This document shows positions 50,805 through 59,403 of a stretch of 64,000 nucleotides of DNA, piece after piece. Numbering within the stretch: the stretch's first letter is position 1; each line of letters begins with the position of its first letter. A program made the position numbers and the translations under genes. Source of the stretch: Hyalangium minutum (GTDB lineage Bacteria > Myxococcota > Myxococcia > Myxococcales > Myxococcaceae). The notes beneath the pieces were generated by a model. That model was not told where the DNA came from and made no database searches. It saw only the letters and a list, made by a program, of their open reading frames with translations. The stretch covers positions 124,001 to 188,000 of the forward strand of contig NZ_JMCB01000010.1 in NCBI RefSeq assembly GCF_000737315.1. Reading direction: 5' to 3'.

Positions 50805-52517
50805 TCAGGCCGCGACGCGCAGATCCTTGAGCCGCAGGGACACGCGGCGCTGGCCGCGGAAGGTGTCCACGCCCACCTGGAAGGCGAGATCCACCGGGCC
50901 CTCCACGAGCGACAGCCGGTCCGCCATGCCGAAGCCGATGGCATCCACCTCTGGGGCATCCAAGAGGGCCAGCTTGAGGTGGGCCGAGCCATAGCCCGTC
51001 TTCGGGGTGAGGACGCGAGGCCGAGCCACCTGGTGCTTCAGCACGAGCACGGGCTCGGGATTGCCCTGTCCGAAGGGCCCGAGCTTCTGCAGGGCCTCCA
51101 CGGCGCTCTCGTCCAGCTCGTTCGGAGTGACGACCGCATCCACCTTGCAGCGAGGGATGAGGTCCTCGGGTGTGAGGCGCTGCATGGCGATGCGCTCGAA
51201 GGCCTCGCGGAAGGCGGGCAGCCGGTCCGCCTCGATGGTGAGACCCGCGGCGTACTTGTGGCCGCCGAAGCGGGTGAGCATGTCCGAGCAGCCGCTGATC
51301 GCATCGTACAGGTGGAAGGCTTCGATGCTGCGAGCGGAGCCCTTCCCCACCCCGTCATTGACGCCGACCATGATGGTGGGACGGTGGAAACGCTCGACGA
51401 CGCGCGAGGCGACGATGCCGATGACACCGGGGTGCCAGCCCTCGGCGTAGAGGACGAAGCCCCGCGAGTCCTTCCGCGTCTCGGCCTGCTTCAGCGCCTC
51501 GGTGAGGATGGTGCTCTCGATGCCCTGGCGCTCGGCGTTGGCGCGATCGAGCACCTGGGCCAGGCGCCGTGCCTCTTCGAGCGATTCGGCGGTGAGCATC
51601 TGCAGGCCGAGGGACGCGTCATGCAAGCGGCCCGCGGCGTTGATGCGAGGCCCGAGGCGGAAGCCGACCTGACCCGCCGTGACAGGCGCATCGGGCTCCA
51701 TCCCCGCTGCTTCCTTGAGCGCCCGGACACCGGGGCGGCGAGCGGCGGTGAGCTCCTGGAGGCCATGGGCCACGAGGATGCGGTTGACGCCGGTGAGGGG
51801 GACCACGTCCGCGACGGTGGCCAGGGCGGCCAGGTCCATGAGGGCGCGGAGGTTGGGCTCCTTGCGGGTGGCAAAGAAGCCATCGTCCCGGAGCCGCTTG
51901 CGCAGGCCCATGCAGAGGTTGAAGGCGACGCCGGCGGCACAGAGCGTCTTCGTGGGGTACTCGCAGCCGGGCTGGTGCGGGTTGAGCACCGCGACAGCGG
52001 GGGGCAACGTGGCGGGTACCGTGTGGTGGTCCACAATCACCACATCCATGCCGAGATCCCGGGCGCGGGAGATCTCGACGTTGGCCGAGATGCCACAGTC
52101 CAGGGTGACCAGGACGCGCGTGCCCTCGGCTGCCAGCTTCTCCACCGCCTGAACGTTCAGGCCATAGCCCTCGCCCAACCGGTGAGGGATGTATGTGCCA
52201 GGCTGGGCACCCAACTCGCGAAGGAAGATGCTGAGCAGGGAGGTGGAGCAGACGCCGTCGACGTCGTAGTCGCCGTAGAGGGTGATCTTCTCGTGGGTGC
52301 GGAGGGCCCGGGTGATGCGCTCGACAGCGGCGCCCATGCCCTTCATTCGGAAGGGATCCGGCAGGTCCGCGAGTTTGTCAGAGAGGAAGGCGGAGGCAGC
52401 TTCAGGAGTGCGGAAGCCGCGGTGTGTGAGGATGCGAGCAGGCAGCGGATGCAGGCCGAGCTCACCGGCCAGCGCCTTCGCCTGCTGATCAACCGTCTCG
52501 GGTAACACCCACCGCAC
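50805..52517 (-). CDS. recJ: Single-stranded-DNA-specific exonuclease RecJ
   Basis: YGDYDVDG, YIPHR..EGYG, TLDCG, IVDHH, ATVADVVPL, GPRINAAGRL, GSARS, FGGHKYAAG, PFGQGNPEP. Confidence 0.97.
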   Translation of the reverse strand: MRWVLPETVDQQAKALAGELGLHPLPARILTHRGFRTPEAASAFLSDKLADLPDPFRMKGMGAAVERITRALRTHEKITLYGDYDVDGVCSTSLLSIFLRELGAQPGTYIPHRLGEGYGLNVQAVEKLAAEGTRVLVTLDCGISANVEISRARDLGMDVVIVDHHTVPATLPPAVAVLNPHQPGCEYPTKTLCAAGVAFNLCMGLRKRLRDDGFFATRKEPNLRALMDLAALATVADVVPLTGVNRILVAHGLQELTAARRPGVRALKEAAGMEPDAPVTAGQVGFRLGPRINAAGRLHDASLGLQMLTAESLEEARRLAQVLDRANAERQGIESTILTEALKQAETRKDSRGFVLYAEGWHPGVIGIVASRVVERFHRPTIMVGVNDGVGKGSARSIEAFHLYDAISGCSDMLTRFGGHKYAAGLTIEADRLPAFREAFERIAMQRLTPEDLIPRCKVDAVVTPNELDESAVEALQKLGPFGQGNPEPVLVLKHQVARPRVLTPKTGYGSAHLKLALLDAPEVDAIGFGMADRLSLVEGPVDLAFQVGVDTFRGQRRVSLRLKDLRVAA

Positions 52518-52529
52518 CGCGAGGCTCCT

Positions 52530-52556
52530 TCCCGGGTTGGGAGCTACAACCCGGGA
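52530..52556. repeat. 10-bp inverted repeat just upstream of recJ
   Basis: TCCCGGGTTG-GGAGCTA-CAACCCGGGA. Confidence 0.7.
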
Positions 52557-52634
52557 TCAACATCGATGAACAGGCATGACATTACCCCAATGGTCTGACC
52601 AAGGAAGCCCGACCCGAGGGATGACCTTTCCCCT

Positions 52635-52650
52635 CCTGAACATGCGTTCA
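52635..52650. promoter_or_regulatory. Myxococcus-type LexA (SOS) box
   Basis: CTGAAC-ATGC-GTTCAG palindrome. Matches the M. xanthus consensus CTRHAMRYBYGTTCAGS, as recalled, at all but one position. Lies in the recJ/OMP divergent region. Confidence 0.65.
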
Positions 52651-52742
52651 GACGAGCGCTCGCCTGGCCCCTTGGGTGGGGACGCCGCCGAGTGCACGCG
52701 TGCGCAGCTTGAGTGCACACGAGGTGACTCAAGGAGGCAGGA

Positions 52743-53327
52743 ATGATTCGGAGCGGACTGCGGGCGATGGCGCTGGTGGTGGGACTGGGGGTTGCGGGAA
52801 CGGCGCTGGCGCAGGACGAAGGGCCGAAGGGCAAGGTGAAGGTGTTCCTGAAGGGCGGCGTGAGCGACTACACGGGCGACGTGGGCGACGGCATCGACAC
52901 GGGCCCGGCGTGGGGTCTCACGGTGAACGTGCAGCCGCTGCGGCTGCTCGGGTTCGAGCTGGGCTACGAGGGCTCGAGGAACACCGTGTCGAACGATCTG
53001 CTGCCGGACGCGACGCTGACGCGCAACGGAGCGACGGGGCTGGTGAAGATCGCGCCGCCGTTCATCGACGTGGTGAAGCCGTTCGTGGCGGCGGGCTTGG
53101 GGGCCTCGTACATCTCGGCGAAGGGGGGGGCGGGGCTGTACGACTCGGACCTGGTGGAGGAGGTGCCGGTGGCGGCGGGCATCGAGTTCAACACGGGCAA
53201 CCTGACGACGGGCGTGCGCGCGACGTACCGGTGGCTGGTGGACGAGAGCTTCGCGGAGAACACCGAGCCGGGCAATCCGCAGGGAGGCCTCTTCGACGCC
53301 GCGCTCACGATCGGCGGCCGCTTCTAG
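52743..53327 (+). CDS. Outer-membrane beta-barrel (OmpA-like transmembrane) protein
   Basis: Signal peptide; LGFELGYEG, PFVAAGLG; terminal GGRF. Confidence 0.88.
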   Translation: MIRSGLRAMALVVGLGVAGTALAQDEGPKGKVKVFLKGGVSDYTGDVGDGIDTGPAWGLTVNVQPLRLLGFELGYEGSRNTVSNDLLPDATLTRNGATGLVKIAPPFIDVVKPFVAAGLGASYISAKGGAGLYDSDLVEEVPVAAGIEFNTGNLTTGVRATYRWLVDESFAENTEPGNPQGGLFDAALTIGGRF

Positions 53328-53370
53328 CGGCAGCGTGTGGCGGGGGGATGAGCCAGGCCCCCTGCTCCGC

Positions 53371-54363
53371 TTAGCCTCCCGTTACGTATCGTTGGCGAAG
53401 AGCTTCGGCGCGCTTCGCCAACTTGTCCCGTAAAGACTGGGGACGCAGGATCTCTGCTTCTTCACCAAAGCTCAGCACCCAAGCCTCCACCTCAGGGCAC
53501 ACGCACACGTCGAGGTGGATGTGAACCTCACCACCCAAGACCACCGCTCGCTGTGAGCGATGCCAGCGATGACTCTTCACATGCGCGGCCCAGCGCGCAT
53601 GCAGCTTCAGTTCCACATGCTCGACGGGCTGGTCTTCCATCATGAAGATGCCGAAGCTCCGAGCAAAGACCTGTTCAGGATCGTACTCCGCTTTGGTGGG
53701 GTACTTGAAGGGGCGCCCTTCTGCCTCGGCGCTGCGAATGCGCGAGAAACGGAACGAACGGAGTTCCCCGGTACGCTCACGTCCAAGCAGGTAGAGCTGG
53801 TGGTTGTAGACGGCGAGTGACAGCGGCTCCACGCGTCTTGAGCGGACCACGCTAGCGAAATCCTCGTAATCGATACGAACCGGATACTGCTCCAGAAGTG
53901 CAGCGATGAGTTCATCGAGCTGAGCGCCCTTCTCGGGCAGAGAGATCTCTCCTCCCTGAGACAGGAAAACGAACTTCCGCTCGACCTCGCTGAAATCGCC
54001 ACGCCGACGTGACTGCCGGAGGAGATGGTCGCGCGCATCACTGAAGGCTTTCTGATAGGGCGTCCCTTCGAACAAGGGCCCCAGACTCGCCCCGAAGCTC
54101 GCCCCGATGAGCACTGCGAGCGATGGCGGATCGGAGATTGCCGCAGCATCAAACCGGAAAACCCGGCGACGCCCCTCCTTCACCACCTTCACTCCTGGCA
54201 GACGTGCGATGGCCTTGAGCTGACGATCCGCCGAAACCGGTTGGATGCCGAGCGCTGCGGCAGCGCTGTTCCGATCATGGGACTTCCCGGCCATCAAGTC
54301 GGCGATGAGTTGCACCGTCCGATGGAGTTGGGTGAAGCGCCGCTTCTCCAAGTCGCTGCTCAT
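53371..54363 (-). CDS. WYL domain transcriptional regulator (HTH-WYL-WCX)
   Basis: N-terminal HTH; VRIDY...RRVEPLSL...LYLLG...RSFRFSRI; AWVLSFGEEAEILRPQSLR. GAGGA ribosome-binding site before ATG 54363. Confidence 0.93.
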   Translation of the reverse strand: MSSDLEKRRFTQLHRTVQLIADLMAGKSHDRNSAAAALGIQPVSADRQLKAIARLPGVKVVKEGRRRVFRFDAAAISDPPSLAVLIGASFGASLGPLFEGTPYQKAFSDARDHLLRQSRRRGDFSEVERKFVFLSQGGEISLPEKGAQLDELIAALLEQYPVRIDYEDFASVVRSRRVEPLSLAVYNHQLYLLGRERTGELRSFRFSRIRSAEAEGRPFKYPTKAEYDPEQVFARSFGIFMMEDQPVEHVELKLHARWAAHVKSHRWHRSQRAVVLGGEVHIHLDVCVCPEVEAWVLSFGEEAEILRPQSLRDKLAKRAEALRQRYVTGG

Positions 54364-54482
54364 GATCCTCAAATCCTCTGATGATCCTTAAAGGATCGCA
54401 ATCTATCCGGTGACTTGCTTGCCCCCCAGCGCCGGTTACCTGTGAGACCACGCGTCAGCCTCTCTTTGGGCCTACGCGTCAG

Positions 54483-54896
54483 GTGCCCACGAACCTCATG
54501 GGTGGACCCTTGAGCAAACACCCCTGTGAGGACTGTGGAGAACACATGATCGACTACAATCCCGTACGCGTCCCCTGGCAGGAAGCCATGGACTCCTTGA
54601 AGCCAGCGCTTGACGGTTACCGAAGCCACTGGGACCGGGTCTACATCGGCGTGACGACCAGTCCCGAGGCTCGGTGGGCGCAGCACGCGGGCAACGGTTG
54701 GAACAAGATGCGGGTGCTCTACGAGGCGTTCAATCCATCCATCGCCAAGGAGCTCGAGCAGGATCTGATCGACTACGCCCGGCGGTGCAACTTCCGCGTG
54801 GCCATCGAGAACATCAACCCGGGCGGGGAAGGCATCCAGAGCCACTCACGGACTCACTGCCTCTACGTGCTGGTAGGCAACAAGCAGCAGGCCTGA
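54483..54896 (+). CDS. Small GIY-YIG nuclease-like protein with N-terminal CxxC
   Basis: RVYIGVT...ARWAQH, AKELEQDLI, NINPGG match GIY-YIG Y/R/E/N positions; HPCEDCGEH. Start is GTG 54483 or ATG 54498. Confidence 0.72.
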   Translation: MPTNLMGGPLSKHPCEDCGEHMIDYNPVRVPWQEAMDSLKPALDGYRSHWDRVYIGVTTSPEARWAQHAGNGWNKMRVLYEAFNPSIAKELEQDLIDYARRCNFRVAIENINPGGEGIQSHSRTHCLYVLVGNKQQA

Positions 54897-54905
54897 GGTG
54901 AAGCG

Positions 54906-55418
54906 ATGCGTTACCACTCTTCAGGTCCTGACTTTCTGATTGTCCCCTTTGATTACGTGTCGCACTACAACGCCGTCCAGCGCTTGGTCCGCCCTTGGGA
55001 GGTGGAACACCTCATCCAGCGGAATGCACCTCCCTCGCTGGCTCGGTACAGCCTCCCCGTCGCTGATCAGGTGGCCCAGTGGCTCCGTACCAAGTTCGCC
55101 AACCGCCAACTCTCGTATGCCTCGGACCCGAGCGGCCTGGACTGTTGGTATGCGCCCGCCACGACGCTCCGGCGGCGCGCGGGGGACTGCGAGGACCTCA
55201 CGCTGCTCACAGTCTCGATTCTCCTGGCGGCAGGCGTCTCCGCTCGGGTGGCCATTGGAACACTCCCGGGTGGTGGGCACGCGTGGGTCGAGGGGGCGGA
55301 TGAGCAGAGCGGCTTCCTCATCGAGGCCACCTCGGGCGAAATCCATCGGTACCGCCCCTCCGATTACAACTTGAGCTGGCACATCGATCCCCATCCAGCC
55401 CTGTTGCGTGTTGCATGA
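54906..55418 (+). CDS. Transglutaminase-like (BTLCP/C93-type) cysteine hydrolase, no signal peptide
   Basis: SYASD...WYAPATTL...GDCEDL, GHAWVE, LIEAT; GAGG ribosome-binding site; 9 bp after the GIY-YIG stop. Confidence 0.85.
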   Translation: MRYHSSGPDFLIVPFDYVSHYNAVQRLVRPWEVEHLIQRNAPPSLARYSLPVADQVAQWLRTKFANRQLSYASDPSGLDCWYAPATTLRRRAGDCEDLTLLTVSILLAAGVSARVAIGTLPGGGHAWVEGADEQSGFLIEATSGEIHRYRPSDYNLSWHIDPHPALLRVA

Positions 55419-55431
55419 GAGGGCCCCACCT

Positions 55432-56445
55432 CTATTCACGAGGTGGGGCTCGGACCCCGGCGTCGCGGGGACCTCGGGCCTCTGCACCACTCGTGCACAC
55501 GTCCGGTGGATAGCCCTCGACCCGGCAATACTCGTCCCGGAAGCCGCAGTACTTCTCCATGCCCTGGGCGCAGACCTCGCCCCAGCGCTTGGCCATCAGC
55601 TTCATGTCCTGGTTCATCTCCGCCTTCTCGCGCTGCTGCGGTGTCAGCCCCTGCCATTGCACCTCGCTGAGCGCCTCGAGTGACCGGGCTCGCTCCCGTA
55701 GCCGCACCGCCGCCTGCTCCTCTCCAAAGCCCTCGGCGATGTCCGCAGCGAGCACGCAGTACCGCGAGGGGATCCCCTCGCCCATCACGAGCCTCTCGCA
55801 AATGCGCTCCAAGCACGGCCGGAGCGCCGCGTAGAACCCCAGCTCGGAGCTCGGACTCCAGGGCCGTTCGGCCCAGGGGACTGCGATCTCGGGACACACG
55901 AGGCGGTAGTTGTTGGTCACCGCCATCATCTGATCCTTCATCCCCGCGAACGCGCTCTCGCACAGCGGATGGGGTTGGCTCCTCGGGGAAGTTCCCCCGT
56001 CGGGCCCACCGAGCTGCTCGCACATCCGGCTCATGCACTCCACGCTCGCCAGCGACAGCACGATCTGCCGGGGCTGGCCTCCGTCACCCCAGGTGAGCGC
56101 GGCAAGCTTGGGACAGTTGCGCGAGATCTCGGTCCGCATCTGCTCTCGGAGCGTGTCTTCGAGCATCGACGGCAAGGGGCTCTGTCCTGCCGCGGCACCT
56201 GGGGCTGGCCTGTTCGTGTAGTACACCACCAGGCGGATGCCCAACGTGACCACGATGGCTCCCAAGGACAGGATCACCACCAGCCACGCGAACCACGGGA
56301 AGCGCTCCTTCCGAGGGGCCCGTGGAGGCTTCTTCCCTCCAGACCGCGGCTTTTTCCGGGCGGCGAGCACCACGGGCACCACCACCCCGAGGGTCCACAG
56401 CCACGAGGAGTCATCCGTCGAGAACATCCTGAAACTGTACGTCAT
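55432..56445 (-). CDS. Hypothetical membrane-anchored Cys-rich protein
   Basis: Start at ATG 56445 or 56427; TM helix FAWLVVILSLGAIVVTLGI; duplicated CPKLAAL / CPEIAVP ... C.R.CE.L modules. Confidence 0.65.
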   Translation of the reverse strand: MTYSFRMFSTDDSSWLWTLGVVVPVVLAARKKPRSGGKKPPRAPRKERFPWFAWLVVILSLGAIVVTLGIRLVVYYTNRPAPGAAAGQSPLPSMLEDTLREQMRTEISRNCPKLAALTWGDGGQPRQIVLSLASVECMSRMCEQLGGPDGGTSPRSQPHPLCESAFAGMKDQMMAVTNNYRLVCPEIAVPWAERPWSPSSELGFYAALRPCLERICERLVMGEGIPSRYCVLAADIAEGFGEEQAAVRLRERARSLEALSEVQWQGLTPQQREKAEMNQDMKLMAKRWGEVCAQGMEKYCGFRDEYCRVEGYPPDVCTSGAEARGPRDAGVRAPPRE

Positions 56446-56475
56446 CCGAAGTGGGCTCGGAGTTCTCTCGAAGCC

Positions 56476-56742
56476 ACCTGACAGAGCGGCATGACGCCAG
56501 CCTACTCGTTGGGTAGGCTGCGCACGGGCGGATCTGGCCGCCCCATCACGCCGAGTTACGCGATGACGGACACCCCCTCCCCCGCCTCTCTCATGCCTGG
56601 GGCTCTCGTCGGCCCCTGGCGAATCAAGGGCTATGCCGGCCGTGGCTCCTATGGCCTGGTCTTCCGGGCCCGGCTCGCCGCACAGCCCGACTCGCCTCCA
56701 GCGGCGTTGAAGATGGCCGTCTTCCCGGAGACCCGCGCTTCC
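56476..56742 (+). repeat. Direct repeat copy 1 (copy 2 at 57750-58017)
   Basis: About 267 bp; by eye 7 substitutions and a 1-nt deletion relative to copy 2. Confidence 0.95.
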
Positions 56743-56780
56743 ATCAAGAGGCCACCTTCCTTCAGGATCTTGAAGTGGAC
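56563..56780 (+). pseudogene. Truncated, frameshifted Ser/Thr kinase 5' fragment
   Basis: MTDTPSPASLMPGALVGPWRIKGYAGRGSYGLVFRA...ALKM, then a 1-nt deletion (CTTCCC-GGAG vs CTTCCCAGGAG). The rest of the catalytic domain is absent. Confidence 0.85.
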
Positions 56781-56900
56781 CCGGGGCGGTAGCCAATGGA
56801 GTTGCACCCAAACGCATGTCGTCAAATGGCTGGGGAGTGATGCGCTAGAGGCTCCTGCCGTCATGGAAGAAAATGCCCCTTGCCTCTCGATGGATGCACC

Positions 56901-57587
56901 ATGAGAACGCTTCTGCCAGTTCTGACCGGTCTTCTCCTTGTCACGTGTGTCAGGAGTCCGGTTCCTCGCCCGCTCCCCCCGTATGCTCCATCCATTAAAT
57001 TCCCGCATGCGTTGAGGTCCCCCGGGCTGCTGCTCGGTCAATCCGAGCAGCGGGTGCGAATGGATGGCGCGATCGTCCAGGCCATGATGATTGCCGCCAA
57101 GGACTTCATCCCGTCACCCTCCGAGCAGTTCCCCTGCTGGACGAAGCCGGAGCACTTTCTTTTCGACGTCATTCGCAAAGGGGACATCATCTTCGTTTCG
57201 ATCTCCCCAGATTACTTTGCTCAAGGGTGTGAGCGATACACCGCGCCGTTGGACTGGGGGGCCAAGTACGCCATCAGCACCGATGGCCGCATCCTCACGC
57301 AGGAAGATGGCTCCGATGATGGGCCCGAATGGGAATCTCCACCCTCATCCCCGGATGCTGGCACGGATGACCACGCAGCCCATCGCCGAGTATACAATCT
57401 CAGCGATCTCGACCGCATGGACTCGGCACCCGTGGAGGACCCGCCGTTTTTTACGCGTCCAGAGTGGCAGGCCCAGCACCCCTGGCCTCCGTCGCGCAAG
57501 CCTCGCACACCCGCGTTGCCCGATGGAGGAACGCCCGATGGAGGCGTTCACTCGGATGGCGGCTCCCCAGCAGTTCCTCCCCGATAA
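56901..57587 (+). CDS. Hypothetical lipoprotein
   Basis: MRTLLPVLTGLLLVTC lipobox-like; Pro/Asp/Gly-rich tail. Confidence 0.75.
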   Translation: MRTLLPVLTGLLLVTCVRSPVPRPLPPYAPSIKFPHALRSPGLLLGQSEQRVRMDGAIVQAMMIAAKDFIPSPSEQFPCWTKPEHFLFDVIRKGDIIFVSISPDYFAQGCERYTAPLDWGAKYAISTDGRILTQEDGSDDGPEWESPPSSPDAGTDDHAAHRRVYNLSDLDRMDSAPVEDPPFFTRPEWQAQHPWPPSRKPRTPALPDGGTPDGGVHSDGGSPAVPPR

Positions 57588-57749
57588 CAGGGCCGGCACT
57601 GTCGTCCCCCTCGCCTAGGTAGCGGCTGCTCCGGGGTGAACGCCTCGTCGGGTTCAAGGCCCATTGAGGACAGAAGACCGAGGCCGGAAGTCGCTGGGCA
57701 CCCAGCGGGTTCCTGCCTCAATGTTCTTTCATATTGCGTGCTCCCTCAT

Positions 57750-58017
57750 ACCTGACAGAGCGGCATGACGCCAGCCTACTCGTTGGGTAGGCTGCGCGAG
57801 GGCGGATCTGGCCGCCCCATCACGCCGAGTTACGCGATGACGGACACCCCCTCCCCCGCCTCTCTCATGCCTGGGGCTCTCGTCGGCCCCTGGCGCATCG
57901 AGGGCTATGCCGGCCGTGGCTCCTATGGCCTGGTCTTCCGGGCCCGGCTCGCCGCACAGCCCGACTCGCCTCCAGTGGCGCTGAAGGTGGCCGTCTTCCC
58001 AGGAGACCCGCGCTTCC
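57750..58017 (+). repeat. Direct repeat copy 2 (5' UTR and start of the intact kinase)
   Basis: See copy 1. Both copies include the palindrome CAGCCTAC-TCGTTGG-GTAGGCTG. Confidence 0.95.
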
Positions 58018-59306
58018 GTCGCGAAGCCACCTTGTTGGAGAAACTCCAGCATTCGTCGGTGCCTCGGCTCCTGGACCAGGGGGAGTGGCATGCTTCGGCC
58101 GACGCCGTTCACCCGTACATCGCCATGCAGTGGATTCACGGCCTGCCGCTATACGAGTGGGCACGCCACCATCCGGTCTCTCCGCGTCAGGCACTCCTGG
58201 TCGTGGCCCAGATAGCCGATGCCCTGGCGCTGTTGCACCAGATGGAAGGCCTGCACCGTGACCTCAAAGGCGACAACATCCTGGTTGACGCTCAAGGCCG
58301 AGCGGTGCTCATCGACTTCGGATCGGGCACTTGGAAAGGGGCGCCGCCTCTGACGCAGAGCCTGATGCCCCCCAACACGCCAGAGTACCGCAGTCCTCAG
58401 GCGCTGCGCTTCCACTGGAAGCACTGGGACACCCTCGAGGCTCGCTACGAGCCGACAGCGGCCGACGACCTGTATGCGCTGGGCGTCACCGCCTACAAAT
58501 TGGTGACGCGCGTCTATCCGCCTCCGGGAACGAGTCCGGAGGACATCAAGCAGCGGCTGCAGACACCGCCTCCCCGGCGTCTGCCCGCGCAGGCGCTCAA
58601 CAGCCGCGTGGGGCCGGAGTTCTCCGCACTCATCGAGCGCATGTTGGCGGAAGTTCCCCAGCAACGTGCTTCCTCACGAGAAGTAGCAGAGGAAGGGATG
58701 ACCACCGCCCGGCAGCTGGGCTCCAGCGCCAACGCTCCGCTCTTCACCGTGGACCGGCCCACTGCTGCAGTTCCCTGCGTGCTCGCTCCCGTTGTGCCAG
58801 CAACCCACTTGGAGCGGCCCACCGCTGCCGCTCCGCCGGCTGCTCCTGCCCGAGCACATATCGAATCCCCAGAGTTCCCTGTGGGCTTGCGCTCCGCGTT
58901 GGCCCCAATCTTGGTGCTCCTCACAGCGCTCAGCGTCGTATGGGTGAGCCATGCTGATCGCCCTGCGTGGCTCACGCCCCTGGAGGAACAGTCAGATGGA
59001 GGGGTTGCTCCGGACGGGGGAACACGCGGACTGGGAGAGGACGCGCTGGCCTCTCGGGTGGATGCCCAGCAAGCCCCTCTGGTCGCCAGGGTCATCTCCG
59101 AAAATCTGCTCAAACAGCCGCTGCCTGGGCAACGCAAGCCTCCTTGCCGCGGTGAAGACGTGGAAGTGATTCATGGGGCCTGCTGGATACTCCGGAAGGG
59201 AGTTCGCCCTCCCTGCGGCGATGATGGGTATCTGTGGCAAGGCGCGTGCTACGTCCCCTTGCTCGGCAACGCGCGAACGCCGACCACCGACAAGCCACAG
59301 CAGTAG
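57837..59306 (+). CDS. Hanks-type Ser/Thr protein kinase with TM helix and Cys-rich extracellular tail
   Basis: GRGSYGLV, VALKV, HRDLKGDNILV, DFG, DDLYALGV; C-terminal PLPGQRKPPC...CW...PPC...W.G.CYVP. Confidence 0.93.
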   Translation: MTDTPSPASLMPGALVGPWRIEGYAGRGSYGLVFRARLAAQPDSPPVALKVAVFPGDPRFRREATLLEKLQHSSVPRLLDQGEWHASADAVHPYIAMQWIHGLPLYEWARHHPVSPRQALLVVAQIADALALLHQMEGLHRDLKGDNILVDAQGRAVLIDFGSGTWKGAPPLTQSLMPPNTPEYRSPQALRFHWKHWDTLEARYEPTAADDLYALGVTAYKLVTRVYPPPGTSPEDIKQRLQTPPPRRLPAQALNSRVGPEFSALIERMLAEVPQQRASSREVAEEGMTTARQLGSSANAPLFTVDRPTAAVPCVLAPVVPATHLERPTAAAPPAAPARAHIESPEFPVGLRSALAPILVLLTALSVVWVSHADRPAWLTPLEEQSDGGVAPDGGTRGLGEDALASRVDAQQAPLVARVISENLLKQPLPGQRKPPCRGEDVEVIHGACWILRKGVRPPCGDDGYLWQGACYVPLLGNARTPTTDKPQQ

Positions 59307-59403
59307 CGCTCGATCATTGGCGCATGTGGGCCCTGGCAGGCAGTCCCTGTCCTCCCGCGGAACGAAGCGTGAGGGTAGGCGAGGCGACGTGCGCTCTGAC
59401 TGA

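Noticed and set aside
56446-56817. N-terminal extension of ORF 55432..56817 and the similar ORF 57729..58139
   Set aside because: Both are antisense read-throughs of the duplicated kinase 5' segment; their similarity reflects the DNA repeat.
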